Origin: Bacteroidota bacterium
GTDB taxonomy: Bacteria; Bacteroidota; Bacteroidia; Chitinophagales; JADIYW01
Assembly (NCBI GenBank): GCA_963169645.1
Contig: CAUJCO010000007.1
Coordinates: 162,737-226,736, forward strand
DNA: 64,000 nucleotides
Reading direction: 5' to 3'
Both the position numbers and the translations under genes were made by a program. How positions within the stretch are numbered: the stretch's first letter is position 1; every line of letters begins with the position of its first letter. This document shows positions 36,185-45,689 of the stretch, in pieces. A model generated the notes under the pieces. That model worked only from the letters and a program-made list of their open reading frames with translations, was not told the origin of the DNA and made no database searches.

Positions 36185-36934
36185 ATGTTGTCGATTAATA
36201 ATTTACATGTATCTATAGAAAACAAAGAAATCCTAAAAGGTTTGTCACTACAAGTAAATGCTGGTGAAGTACATGCTATCATGGGCCCTAACGGAACAGG
36301 AAAATCTACCTTAGGAAATGTATTAGCGGGAAAAGAAGGTTACGAAATTACAGACGGTTCTGTATTGTTTGATGGTATCGATTTAATGGAATTAGAGGCA
36401 CACGAACGAGCACAAAAAGGTGTGTTTTTAGCTTTCCAATATCCGGTAGAAATTCCGGGTGTAAGCAATGCCAATTTCCTTAAAGCAGCTGTAAACGAAC
36501 AACGCAAAGCCAATGGTGAAGAACCAATGCCACCTAATGAATTTTTAAAAATGATGCGCGAAAAAATGGAATTGGTAGAGATGAAAAAAGATTTTATTTC
36601 GCGTTCTGTCAACCAAGGATTTTCCGGTGGTGAAAAAAAACGTAACGAAATATTCCAAATGGCAATGTTGCAACCTAAATTGGCTATTTTAGATGAAACT
36701 GATTCCGGTTTAGATATCGATGCATTAAGAATTGTAGCAAATGGCGTGAATAAATTACGCAGTAAAGACAATGCATTTATCGTTATCACACATTACCAAC
36801 GCTTATTAGATTACATAGTACCTGATTTTGTACATGTAATGTATAATGGAAAAATTGTAAAATCAGGCGATAAAAATTTAGCATTGGAATTAGAAGAAAA
36901 AGGTTACGAAGAATTTGAACACGCTACTTTATAA
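36185..36934 (+). CDS. sufC: Fe-S cluster assembly ATPase SufC
   Basis: Walker [10 protein letters not shown], signature FSGGEKKR, Walker [11 protein letters not shown]. Confidence 0.95.
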   Translation: MLSINNLHVSIENKEILKGLSLQVNAGEVHAIMGPNGTGKSTLGNVLAGKEGYEITDGSVLFDGIDLMELEAHERAQKGVFLAFQYPVEIPGVSNANFLKAAVNEQRKANGEEPMPPNEFLKMMREKMELVEMKKDFISRSVNQGFSGGEKKRNEIFQMAMLQPKLAILDETDSGLDIDALRIVANGVNKLRSKDNAFIVITHYQRLLDYIVPDFVHVMYNGKIVKSGDKNLALELEEKGYEEFEHATL

Positions 36935-37004
36935 TCAACTAAATAAAGTACACTATCATTTCGTATAAATAGTAATTTTTTCTTTCGTTCGAAAAATAAA
37001 TTTA

Positions 37005-38228
37005 ATGACACAGCAATTAGAAAATATACTTCCGATTTTGCAAGACGAACATCAAAAACAAGCTTTGCAAAACGCAATGAATATAGGTGTTCCATCTATG
37101 AAAAATGAAGAATGGAAATACACTTATTTTCAAAAAATTTGGCAACAAGATTTCAACCCTATTCTATCGTCTGCAACTTTCGATTTCAATGACATAAAAA
37201 CTTTCATTGATAACAATGCAACCTCATCTAATCGACTGGTATTTGTCAATGGACAATTTCAACATGAATTATCTAACTTACAAAATCATCCTGCAATAAA
37301 TTTTTGGAATGCTAAAAACACAGCATCCACTAATAGCAATGATTTCCTTTTAGAATTAAACAATGCACTTTCAACAGATGGAATATTTTTAGAAATAGGA
37401 AACAACGTTGTAGTAGATGATTTAATTGAGATATTTTATTTACATAGCATTGCAGCGCCTTTTATCAATATTAAAAATAAGATAAAAATTGGGAAAAATG
37501 CCGTTGTGAAATTTGCCGAACAATTTATCAATTACGACGAACAAACTGCATACTACAATACAGTAACAACATTAGAAGTTGCAGAAAGTGCCAACATAGA
37601 ATGGAATAAAATACAAGATGGTGGCAATAACTTTTACATAACCGATAATATGCACATCGAACAAGCTACTAAATCAATTTGTGCCGTAAATACTTTTTCA
37701 TTTTCTGGCGGCATTACACGCAATGTTTTAACGTACGATGTAAATGGTGAGCGATCAGAATCACACATGAATGGACTGTCATTGCTTTTAAATAATGAAC
37801 ACGTAGACAACCGTACATTGGTGAATCATAATGTTGCTAATTGCGAAAGTTATGAACTTTATAAAAACATTTTAGGCGGCACTTCAACCGGCGTGTTTAA
37901 TGGAAAAATTATCGTAGCTCAAGCAGCACAAAAAACCAACGCTTTTCAAAGCAATCGCACTATTTTAGTAAGTAATGATGCAACTATTAATACCAAACCA
38001 CAATTAGAAATATTTGCTGATGATGTAAAATGTTCACACGGTGCAACATCGTCTCAAATAGAAGACAGCGAATTATTTTATTTACAAGCACGTGGTATCG
38101 GAAAAGAAACAGCACGTGGCTTATTAGTATTTGCTTTTGGTGAAGAGGTAGTAGAAAAAATAAACCATCAACCGCTCAAAGAAAAAGTAGAGAAAAGAGT
38201 GGCTGAAATATTGAAGATTGAATTATAA
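37005..38228 (+). CDS. sufD: Fe-S cluster assembly protein SufD
   Basis: C-terminal SufB/D beta-helix blocks (TKPQLEIFADDVKCSHGAT) and its position in the operon. Confidence 0.9.
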   Translation: MTQQLENILPILQDEHQKQALQNAMNIGVPSMKNEEWKYTYFQKIWQQDFNPILSSATFDFNDIKTFIDNNATSSNRLVFVNGQFQHELSNLQNHPAINFWNAKNTASTNSNDFLLELNNALSTDGIFLEIGNNVVVDDLIEIFYLHSIAAPFINIKNKIKIGKNAVVKFAEQFINYDEQTAYYNTVTTLEVAESANIEWNKIQDGGNNFYITDNMHIEQATKSICAVNTFSFSGGITRNVLTYDVNGERSESHMNGLSLLLNNEHVDNRTLVNHNVANCESYELYKNILGGTSTGVFNGKIIVAQAAQKTNAFQSNRTILVSNDATINTKPQLEIFADDVKCSHGATSSQIEDSELFYLQARGIGKETARGLLVFAFGEEVVEKINHQPLKEKVEKRVAEILKIEL

Positions 38229-38278
38229 TAAGACAATGTAGGAATGCAATTATAGTATTGTATAAATAGTAAAACAAA

Positions 38279-39496
38279 ATGTTAGACATACAAAAAATAC
38301 GAGCTGATTTTCCCATTTTAAACGAAAAAATTCGAGGAAAACAATTAGTGTATTTAGACAATGGTGCATCTACACAAAAACCAAAAGCAGTTATTGATGC
38401 CGAAACATTTTATTACGAACATCAATATGCTAATATTCATCGTGGTGTTCATTATTTATCACAAATTGGCACCGATTTATATGAGCAAGTGCGTCGTCAA
38501 ATCCAAGCTTTTATAAATGCAAAACACGAACACGAAATAATTTACACCAAAGGCACTACTAATTCCACCAATTTGGTTGCCTACACTTTTGGAAGAAAAT
38601 TTATTCAAGAAGGCGATGAAATAGTGGTAACAGAAATGGAACATCATTCCAACATCGTTCCATGGCAAATTTTATGCGAAGAAAAAAAATGTATTCTAAA
38701 AGTAATACCATTACAACAAGATGGTACAATTCGTATTGATGATGCTGAAAAAATTATCACACCGAAAACAAAATTAGTTTCTTTCACGTACGTTTCGAAC
38801 GCGTTAGGAACTGTCAATCCGATAAAAGAGCTAATTACAATTGCACATAAAAATGGTGCAAAAGTTTTGGTAGATGCCGCTCAGGCCATTCAACATTTTA
38901 CTATAGATGTGCAAGCTTTAGATGTTGATTTTTTAGTATTCTCCGGACATAAATTATACGGCCCAACCGGCACCGGTATATTATATGGAAAAGAGGACAT
39001 CTTAAACGAAATGCCACCCTTTGAAGGTGGTGGCGACATGATAAAAACGGTTTCTTTTAAAGGAACTGAATTCAATGATTTACCATTTAAGTTTGAAGCA
39101 GGAACACCACATATCGCAGGCTGTATCGCATTAGGAACTGCGATTGAATATATTCAAAATATTGGTTTAGAAAACATCTATCAATACGAAACCGAATTGT
39201 TAGCGTATGCAACACAAAAATTATCTGCTATTGATGGATTAACGATTTACGGAAATGCCCAACAAAAATCATCAGTTATTTCGTTTTTGTTAGATGGCAT
39301 ACATCCGTATGATGTGGGTGTTTTGTTAGATAATCAAGGTATTGCTATTCGCACCGGACATCATTGTGCACAACCCGTAATGGATTTTTATGGAATTGTT
39401 GGAACATGCCGTGCAACATTGGCTTTCTACAATACAAAAGAAGAAATTGATATGTTAGCAGATGGAATCGTAAGAGCAAAAAAAATGTTACAGTAA
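38279..39496 (+). CDS. sufS: Cysteine desulfurase SufS (class II)
   Basis: FSGHKLYGPTG (PLP Lys) and RTGHHCAQP (catalytic Cys). Confidence 0.95.
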   Translation: MLDIQKIRADFPILNEKIRGKQLVYLDNGASTQKPKAVIDAETFYYEHQYANIHRGVHYLSQIGTDLYEQVRRQIQAFINAKHEHEIIYTKGTTNSTNLVAYTFGRKFIQEGDEIVVTEMEHHSNIVPWQILCEEKKCILKVIPLQQDGTIRIDDAEKIITPKTKLVSFTYVSNALGTVNPIKELITIAHKNGAKVLVDAAQAIQHFTIDVQALDVDFLVFSGHKLYGPTGTGILYGKEDILNEMPPFEGGGDMIKTVSFKGTEFNDLPFKFEAGTPHIAGCIALGTAIEYIQNIGLENIYQYETELLAYATQKLSAIDGLTIYGNAQQKSSVISFLLDGIHPYDVGVLLDNQGIAIRTGHHCAQPVMDFYGIVGTCRATLAFYNTKEEIDMLADGIVRAKKMLQ

Positions 39497-39508
39497 TTGA
39501 CACATTGT

Positions 39509-39934
39509 ATGAAATTGGAAAGTATAAACGAGCTACAAGAAAACATCATAGAGGATTTTTCTATGTATGAAGATTGGAATGAGAAATACGAATATTTAAT
39601 CGAATTTGGAAAATCATTACTTCCATTAGATGAAAAATATAAAATAGAAGAAAATAGAATACACGGCTGTCAATCCAGAGTATGGTTGCATGCAGAAATG
39701 CAAAACGATATCTTACTTTTTTTTGCTGATAGCGATGCTATTATTACAAAAGGAATTGTGGGTTTATTAGTAAAAGTATTGAGTAACCATACGCCAAAAG
39801 AAATTGCAGAAACAGATTTATATTTTATTGAAAAAATAGGATTAAAAGAACACTTATCACCTACGAGAGCCAATGGTTTAGTAAGCATGATAAAAAAGAT
39901 GAAATCATACGCTGCCGTTTATAGCAACTTATAA
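39509..39934 (+). CDS. sufE: Sulfur acceptor SufE
   Basis: IHGCQSRVWL active-site Cys block. The ORF opens at a TTG at 39497; the ATG at 39509 is preferred. Confidence 0.85.
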   Translation: MKLESINELQENIIEDFSMYEDWNEKYEYLIEFGKSLLPLDEKYKIEENRIHGCQSRVWLHAEMQNDILLFFADSDAIITKGIVGLLVKVLSNHTPKEIAETDLYFIEKIGLKEHLSPTRANGLVSMIKKMKSYAAVYSNL

Positions 39935-39955
39935 TTAATATACACAATACATAAA

Positions 39956-40285
39956 ATGGAAATGATAATGCAAAAAACATTTATAGAAATAAAAGACGAA
40001 GTAGTAGCACAAATTCATACCATCTATGATCCGGAAATTCCTGTAAATATTTATGATTTAGGTTTGATTTACGAAGTAAATGTAGATGTAGATTGCAATG
40101 TGCATGTATTGATGACTTTAACAGCACCTAACTGTCCGGCAGCGGAAAGTTTACCACAAGAAGTAGATGAAAAGATTAAAGCAATTGAAGGTGTAAAAAG
40201 TTGCAAAGTAGAACTCACTTTTGAACCAACTTGGGATCAAGAAATGATGAGTGAATCCGCCAAATTAGAATTGGGCTTTTTATAA
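39956..40285 (+). CDS. sufT: DUF59/SufT-like Fe-S assembly protein
   Basis: 109 aa. IYDPEIPVNIYDLGLIY and TLTAPNCP blocks. Confidence 0.8.
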   Translation: MEMIMQKTFIEIKDEVVAQIHTIYDPEIPVNIYDLGLIYEVNVDVDCNVHVLMTLTAPNCPAAESLPQEVDEKIKAIEGVKSCKVELTFEPTWDQEMMSESAKLELGFL

Positions 40286-40331
40286 ATCAATATTTCAAAA
40301 TATCATTAATTAAAAGAATTAAATTATTATC

Positions 40332-40745
40332 ATGTATCCAGAACAAATGACAAGACCGATGGCTGCAGAATTAGAAAATGCAGGATTTACATCGCTTAAA
40401 ACTCCAGATGAAGTGAGTGCCATCTTAGACCAAAAAGAAGGAACCGTGTTTTTGGTAATTAACTCAGTTTGTGGTTGTGCAGCAGCAAATGCCCGACCAG
40501 CAGCTATTACCGCCGTAAACCAAGGAAAAAAACCGGGAAAATTAGTTACCGTATTTGCCGGTGTGGACACAACAGCTGTTGCAAAAGCAAGAGAATATAC
40601 TTTTCCTTTTCCACCAAGCTCGCCAAGTATGGCTTTATTTAAAGATGGCAAATTAGTACACATGGTGGAAAGACACATGATTGAAGGAAGACCAACACAA
40701 ATGGTATCCAACAATCTGATCGCAGCTTTTGAAGAATACTGCTAA
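40332..40745 (+). CDS. Bacilliredoxin (BrxA/BrxB, YphP/YqiW family, DUF1094)
   Basis: VINSVCGCAAANARPAA (CGC redox motif), TVFAGVD and PSSPSMALFKDGKLVH. It is collinear with Bacillus YphP as I recall it. Confidence 0.85.
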   Translation: MYPEQMTRPMAAELENAGFTSLKTPDEVSAILDQKEGTVFLVINSVCGCAAANARPAAITAVNQGKKPGKLVTVFAGVDTTAVAKAREYTFPFPPSSPSMALFKDGKLVHMVERHMIEGRPTQMVSNNLIAAFEEYC

Positions 40746-40760
40746 ACCTAAAAAAAACAA

Positions 40761-41717
40761 ATGAGCAACTTACGCATTGTATTTATGGGAACACCGGATT
40801 TTGCGGTACCTTCATTGGATATTCTTATCCAACATAAATACAATGTAGTTGCCGTTGTTACGGCTCCCGACAAACCTTCCGGCCGCGGACAACAACTCAA
40901 CCAATCGGCCGTAAAAAAATATGCAGTTGAAAAAAACATACAAATTCTGCAACCGGAAAAGCTCAAAAACCCTGATTTTATAGAGGCTTTACAGCAATTA
41001 GAAGCCGACTTATTTATTGTTGTTGCATTTAGAATGTTGCCCGAAGTAATATGGAAAATGCCACCATTAGGAACGTTTAACTTACATGCATCTTTATTGC
41101 CACAATATCGCGGTGCAGCACCGATTAATTGGGCTGTTATCAATGGCGAAAAAGAAACCGGCGTATCCACCTTTTTTCTGCAACACGAAATAGATACCGG
41201 AAATATTTTGCTTCAAGAAAAAATAAAAATAGAGGAAGAAGATAATGTCGGTATCGTTCACGATAAACTAATGCAACTCGGTTCAAAAATGGTACTGAAA
41301 ACCGTTGAAAAAATTGAACAAAATTCAATACAGGCAATTCCACAACATATATTTGAAAACAACGCTTCCAATCTAAAACATGCTCCCAAAATTTTTAAAG
41401 AAACATGTTGCATTGATTGGAATAAATCCGCTGTCGAAATACAGCATCTTATTCGTGGTTTATCGCCGTATCCTGCAGCATTTACTTATATAAACAATAA
41501 GGTATTAAAAATTTTTACTTCAAAAATCGATACCAATTCTTATTCAACAACTTTAAAAGTTGATAGCAGCAACAACAAAACACTTGAAATTTGCACCGAT
41601 CAAAAATCCTATTTAGCTATTAAATGCAAAGATGTTTTTTTATCAATTTTAGAAGTGCAATTAGAAGGTAAAAAACGCATGAAAATAGAAGAATTTCTGC
41701 GCGGTTTTCGATTCTAA
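40761..41717 (+). CDS. fmt: Methionyl-tRNA formyltransferase
   Basis: IVFMGTPDFAVPSL, NLHASLLPQYRGAAPINWA, GVSTF. Confidence 0.95.
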   Translation: MSNLRIVFMGTPDFAVPSLDILIQHKYNVVAVVTAPDKPSGRGQQLNQSAVKKYAVEKNIQILQPEKLKNPDFIEALQQLEADLFIVVAFRMLPEVIWKMPPLGTFNLHASLLPQYRGAAPINWAVINGEKETGVSTFFLQHEIDTGNILLQEKIKIEEEDNVGIVHDKLMQLGSKMVLKTVEKIEQNSIQAIPQHIFENNASNLKHAPKIFKETCCIDWNKSAVEIQHLIRGLSPYPAAFTYINNKVLKIFTSKIDTNSYSTTLKVDSSNNKTLEICTDQKSYLAIKCKDVFLSILEVQLEGKKRMKIEEFLRGFRF

Positions 41718-41893
41718 CATGTACTGTAATTGACATTAAAAATTTCTAATCTTTTGTATAAAAATGCATCAATAGCATTAGCCTCTTGCTACTCAACTAC
41801 TTATACACACACACGAATAACTCGATTCTCTAAATTATCTATTGTTTAGTTGCTTGTCTGATATTGTTATTAATTTCGAATTGAATTAGAAGA

Positions 41894-42748
41894 ATGACAA
41901 ACACCACCCATAAACCGCAAGCAAAGATTCGGAAAGTAAATTTCAAATTTGAAAAACCATTTCCGAAACATTGGTTCAACAATAATCCGATTGCCACGCA
42001 TTTTATGAATGCTCAACATTTGGTTTTTCCGGATGGAGAGAAATTTTTCATTCGAAGTGTAAAAGCATTTGCGGAAGTATATAAAAATGATCCGGAATTA
42101 AAAAAACGAGTAGACAATTTCATCGGACAAGAAGGAACACATTTTGCAGAACATCAAAAATTTTGGGATATTATGATTGACCAAGATTTAAAGCCAATGG
42201 GTTTTGTCGATTTCTATAGAAACTCTGCTTGGAATGGTTTAGAAAGTTGGTTTAGAAATAAATTAGTTAAAAATAGATTGGGCGATAAATTGGCATTAAG
42301 TATTACCGTTGCATTAGAACATTACACGGCAATGCTAGCAGAATCGGGCATTTTAAACAAAGAAATGACAGAAAAAATGCCTAAAGAAATGCAAGATTTA
42401 TTTATGTGGCATGCTGCAGAAGAAATTGAACATAAATCAATTCCCTTCGATGTATTAAAAAAAGTAGATGATAATTATCCATTGAGAATTAGTGGTATGC
42501 TTTTAGCTTCTATTGGTTTATGGTATTACCTTACCAAAGGAACCATTTATTTGACACAACAAGATGAAGATGTAAACAGAAAAGACATTCCAAAATATGC
42601 GTTCGATTTCTTGAACAACTTCAGAAAAAATTTCGGTGGTACTTTATCAAAACAATATTATCAATATTTCAAACGAGATTTCCATCCGGATCAAATCGAC
42701 AATTATCATTTAGCAGTTGAATTATTAAAAAACAAAAACTACGCATAA
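41894..42748 (+). CDS. Predicted metal-dependent hydrolase (PF10118-like), paralog 1
   Basis: FPDGEKFFIRSV, GQEGTHFAEH and WHAAEEIEHKSIPFDV histidine/glutamate blocks. Confidence 0.65.
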   Translation: MTNTTHKPQAKIRKVNFKFEKPFPKHWFNNNPIATHFMNAQHLVFPDGEKFFIRSVKAFAEVYKNDPELKKRVDNFIGQEGTHFAEHQKFWDIMIDQDLKPMGFVDFYRNSAWNGLESWFRNKLVKNRLGDKLALSITVALEHYTAMLAESGILNKEMTEKMPKEMQDLFMWHAAEEIEHKSIPFDVLKKVDDNYPLRISGMLLASIGLWYYLTKGTIYLTQQDEDVNRKDIPKYAFDFLNNFRKNFGGTLSKQYYQYFKRDFHPDQIDNYHLAVELLKNKNYA

Positions 42749-42798
42749 AAAATACAAACAAACATACTTCTTTTAATCAAACATTAAACAACATTAAA

Positions 42799-43683
42799 AT
42801 GGCAGCAACAACTAAGAAAAAGGAAGCAACTCCTGAAAAAAAGGCGTACGATCCTTCAGAAATTAAAGTTCGTCGTGTAAATTTTCAATTTAAAACGAAC
42901 AACAATCGTTTTTACTATAAAAATAATCCATTTAGCACACATTTTATTAATGTGCTACACGTGTTATTTCCTACAGGTGAGCGTTTCTTCGTAAACTCTG
43001 TATTAAAACATCAAAAATCCATTTCGGATGATAAATTAAAAAAACAAATCAGAAATTTCTGCGGACAAGAAGGAATACACAGCAGTATGCATGAGCGTTT
43101 TTGGAACATCTTAAAAGCACACGATTACAAATTTGAAGGCTATGAAAGTCATATCGATACGTTGTTACATAAATTGGTTGCAAAAATTGAAGTGGAAGGC
43201 ACCAAAATCAACAACATAGATTTAGTAGCAACCGCCTGCTTAGAACATTTTACAGCACTATTTGGTCATGCCATGTTTATGCGTGTGGACACCGATCCAA
43301 AAACTGTTCCGGCAGATATGGTAGAGTTATTTAAATGGCATGCGTGCGAAGAAATTGAACATAAAAATGTTGCATTTGACGTAATGAAAGTAGTAGATAA
43401 AGATGAGTTTGCAAAACGTGTAGCACTTATGCCCATTGCAACAGCTGTATTATATTTCTACTTAGCAGTTGGAACACTTATGTTCTTATATCAAGATAGA
43501 AAACATCTAAAAGTTAGCCAATTGCCCAAACAATTCTATGAGTTTGCAACCGGATTATTTGTGGAGTTACACGGCGATTTAGTAAAAGAATATTTCAGTT
43601 TCTTTAAGAAAGATTTCCATCCTTCCGATTTAAATGATTATCATTTAGCAGAAGAATTTTTAAAAGATAAAGCGTATGCATAA
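42799..43683 (+). CDS. Predicted metal-dependent hydrolase (PF10118-like), paralog 2
   Basis: Same blocks as paralog 1 (FPTGERFFVNSV, GQEGIHSSMH, WHACEEIEHKNVAFDV). Both proteins end in KxKxYA (KNKNYA / KDKAYA). Confidence 0.65.
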   Translation: MAATTKKKEATPEKKAYDPSEIKVRRVNFQFKTNNNRFYYKNNPFSTHFINVLHVLFPTGERFFVNSVLKHQKSISDDKLKKQIRNFCGQEGIHSSMHERFWNILKAHDYKFEGYESHIDTLLHKLVAKIEVEGTKINNIDLVATACLEHFTALFGHAMFMRVDTDPKTVPADMVELFKWHACEEIEHKNVAFDVMKVVDKDEFAKRVALMPIATAVLYFYLAVGTLMFLYQDRKHLKVSQLPKQFYEFATGLFVELHGDLVKEYFSFFKKDFHPSDLNDYHLAEEFLKDKAYA

Positions 43684-43704
43684 CATTCATTCTATTGGAT
43701 AACA

Positions 43705-43737
43705 AAAAACAGCACACATTTTAGTGTGCTGTTTTTA
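43705..43737. terminator. Bidirectional terminator hairpin between convergent genes
   Basis: Stem cagcacac/gtgtgctg with loop atttta, flanked by an A-run and a T-run. Confidence 0.75.
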
Positions 43738-43756
43738 TTATATTTTGCAAGATAAG

Positions 43757-44722
43757 CTACGCTCCATTTTGAAAAAAATGCACCACTCTTTTTTCCAACC
43801 AATTATGTTCTTCTTTCAAGTTTTCGCAAAAACCAACATGACCACCACCAATCGGAATTTCTAAACTAAAAAAGTTGGATTTTTTGGCCAACTGAATTGG
43901 ATAACATTCTTTGGTAAGCAACGGATCATTATCAGCATTTATGAGTAAAGTTGGTGTTTTTATGTGTTTTAAATAGGCAGATGCTTGTACTTTTAAAATG
44001 TAATCTTCTAAATTTTTAAAATGATGCAATGGAACGGTACAACGGTCCGTAAATTCCCATAAATTCTTTGCTTCCATAATCCGTTGATAATTCATTGCAT
44101 TGGGAAAACGAGCTTGTTTTTTCAATACTTTTTCTTTCACTTGTTTAGTGAAACGACGTTCATAAATTTTATTCCAACCTTTAATTAAGTGCGGAAAAGA
44201 TGTTTCATAATGTATCGGAACAGAAACGGTAAGTGCCGCAATGATGGATTTTGCAGAATGCCATTTTTCTTCGCCTAAATATTTCAATGTCATGTTTCCG
44301 CCCATTGAAACACCAATCAAATAATGTGCATCGTAAGATTGTGTGTTTAAAATATGGCTAACTACGTAATCCAAATCATCCGTTTTTCCGGAATGATAAC
44401 CAAAATACTGTCGGTTATCTTCACCGCTGCAACCTCTAAAATTCCAAACACAAACATCGAACCCATTGTTGTTTAAAATTTTTGTCAAGCCACGTGCATA
44501 CACTCTATCCGAGCTTCCTTCAAAACCATGCGAAATAAGAATCAATTTTTTGCTTCCTACTTTGCTCCAATCTAAATCCAAGAAATCATCATCCCAAGTT
44601 TCGATGCGTTCTCGCACGTATTGCACACCTTCTACTTTTCTGTACAAGTTTGGCACTATCGTTTGCAAATGCTTCGTGTAAAGCCACTTTGGAGTTTGTA
44701 TAATCGGTGATGTATAGAGCAT
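43757..44722 (-). CDS. Alpha/beta hydrolase, YheT-like
   Basis: ISHGFEGSS and nucleophile elbow GVSMGGN. 321 aa. Confidence 0.75.
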   Translation of the reverse strand: MLYTSPIIQTPKWLYTKHLQTIVPNLYRKVEGVQYVRERIETWDDDFLDLDWSKVGSKKLILISHGFEGSSDRVYARGLTKILNNNGFDVCVWNFRGCSGEDNRQYFGYHSGKTDDLDYVVSHILNTQSYDAHYLIGVSMGGNMTLKYLGEEKWHSAKSIIAALTVSVPIHYETSFPHLIKGWNKIYERRFTKQVKEKVLKKQARFPNAMNYQRIMEAKNLWEFTDRCTVPLHHFKNLEDYILKVQASAYLKHIKTPTLLINADNDPLLTKECYPIQLAKKSNFFSLEIPIGGGHVGFCENLKEEHNWLEKRVVHFFQNGA

Positions 44723-44747
44723 TTATGTTGATGCAATTTTAATTTAA

Positions 44748-45614
44748 TTAATCCAAAAAGTCAAGTAGATACTGATTCACCGCTTCCGGACAATCATTCT
44801 GTACCCAATGTGAACAATTAGATATGTATTTAACATCAAAGGTTGCATCAATATATTTTTCGGTACCGTAGGTTAATTCTTTTCCGAGTGCTTTATCATC
44901 TTCACCCCAAATTAAAAGTGTAGGAGCTTGAATTTTTTGTTTTAAAATTTGCGTATTGGGTTTGGTTTGTAGCATCGCACGATAATAATTGATAGACGAC
45001 GTTAACGCACCTTCTTGTTTATAAGCTGCTACAAAAGCATTCAAATCTTCTTCTGTAAAATTTTGTTTATTAAACATCCAACCTTTAACGAATGTTTTAT
45101 AAAATAATGGCAACGTGTATTTATACATCAACTCCGGAACAACAGGCACTTGATGTACGAAAATATACCAACTTCTCAAGATTTGCATCGGATTAGATTT
45201 TACATTGTCCAACATAATTTTAGGATGTGGACAATTACAAACAGCCAATTTATCCGTCAACTCCGGATACATGGTAGCAAACACCCAAGCAATAGCTCCG
45301 CCCCAATCATGCCCAACTATATGTGCTTTTTTAAATCCGGATTTTTTGATTAAATCAGCAATATCGCTTGCAACAACATCGGCTTTGTAATTAGCAATTC
45401 CTTTTGGTTTATCACTTAAATTAAAACCGCGCATATCCGGAGCCCACACTGTATATTCTTCGGCTAATACCGGAATTTGTAAACGCCATGTGTACCAAAA
45501 TTCAGGCCATCCGTGTAATAGAATTACTAACTTTTTTCCTTTACCTTGTTTTGCAACATGCAATTTAATTCCATTTACTTCTACAAAGTCATGTTGAATA
45601 GTTGACATAAGCAT
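44748..45614 (-). CDS. Alpha/beta hydrolase, epoxide-hydrolase/haloalkane-dehalogenase-like
   Basis: LLHGWPEFWYTWR, nucleophile GHDWGG, and a C-terminal His (CSHW). Confidence 0.8.
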   Translation of the reverse strand: MLMSTIQHDFVEVNGIKLHVAKQGKGKKLVILLHGWPEFWYTWRLQIPVLAEEYTVWAPDMRGFNLSDKPKGIANYKADVVASDIADLIKKSGFKKAHIVGHDWGGAIAWVFATMYPELTDKLAVCNCPHPKIMLDNVKSNPMQILRSWYIFVHQVPVVPELMYKYTLPLFYKTFVKGWMFNKQNFTEEDLNAFVAAYKQEGALTSSINYYRAMLQTKPNTQILKQKIQAPTLLIWGEDDKALGKELTYGTEKYIDATFDVKYISNCSHWVQNDCPEAVNQYLLDFLD

Positions 45615-45689
45615 ATTATTTTTTATTACAATAAAAATACGAAAAGTATTTATTTTATTGATATTTTGGACTAATCGAATAAAAACAAA

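Noticed and set aside
40319-41170. Long antisense ORFs (40319-40714 and 40748-41170) opposite the bacilliredoxin and fmt genes.
   Set aside because: The sense-strand products match well-known families over their full length. The antisense products are low-complexity with no motifs. The same reasoning applies to 32177-32671, 36340-36789, 17651-17947, 19120-19332, 19402-19758, 27038-27400, 53051-53335, and the other short overlapping ORFs in the track.
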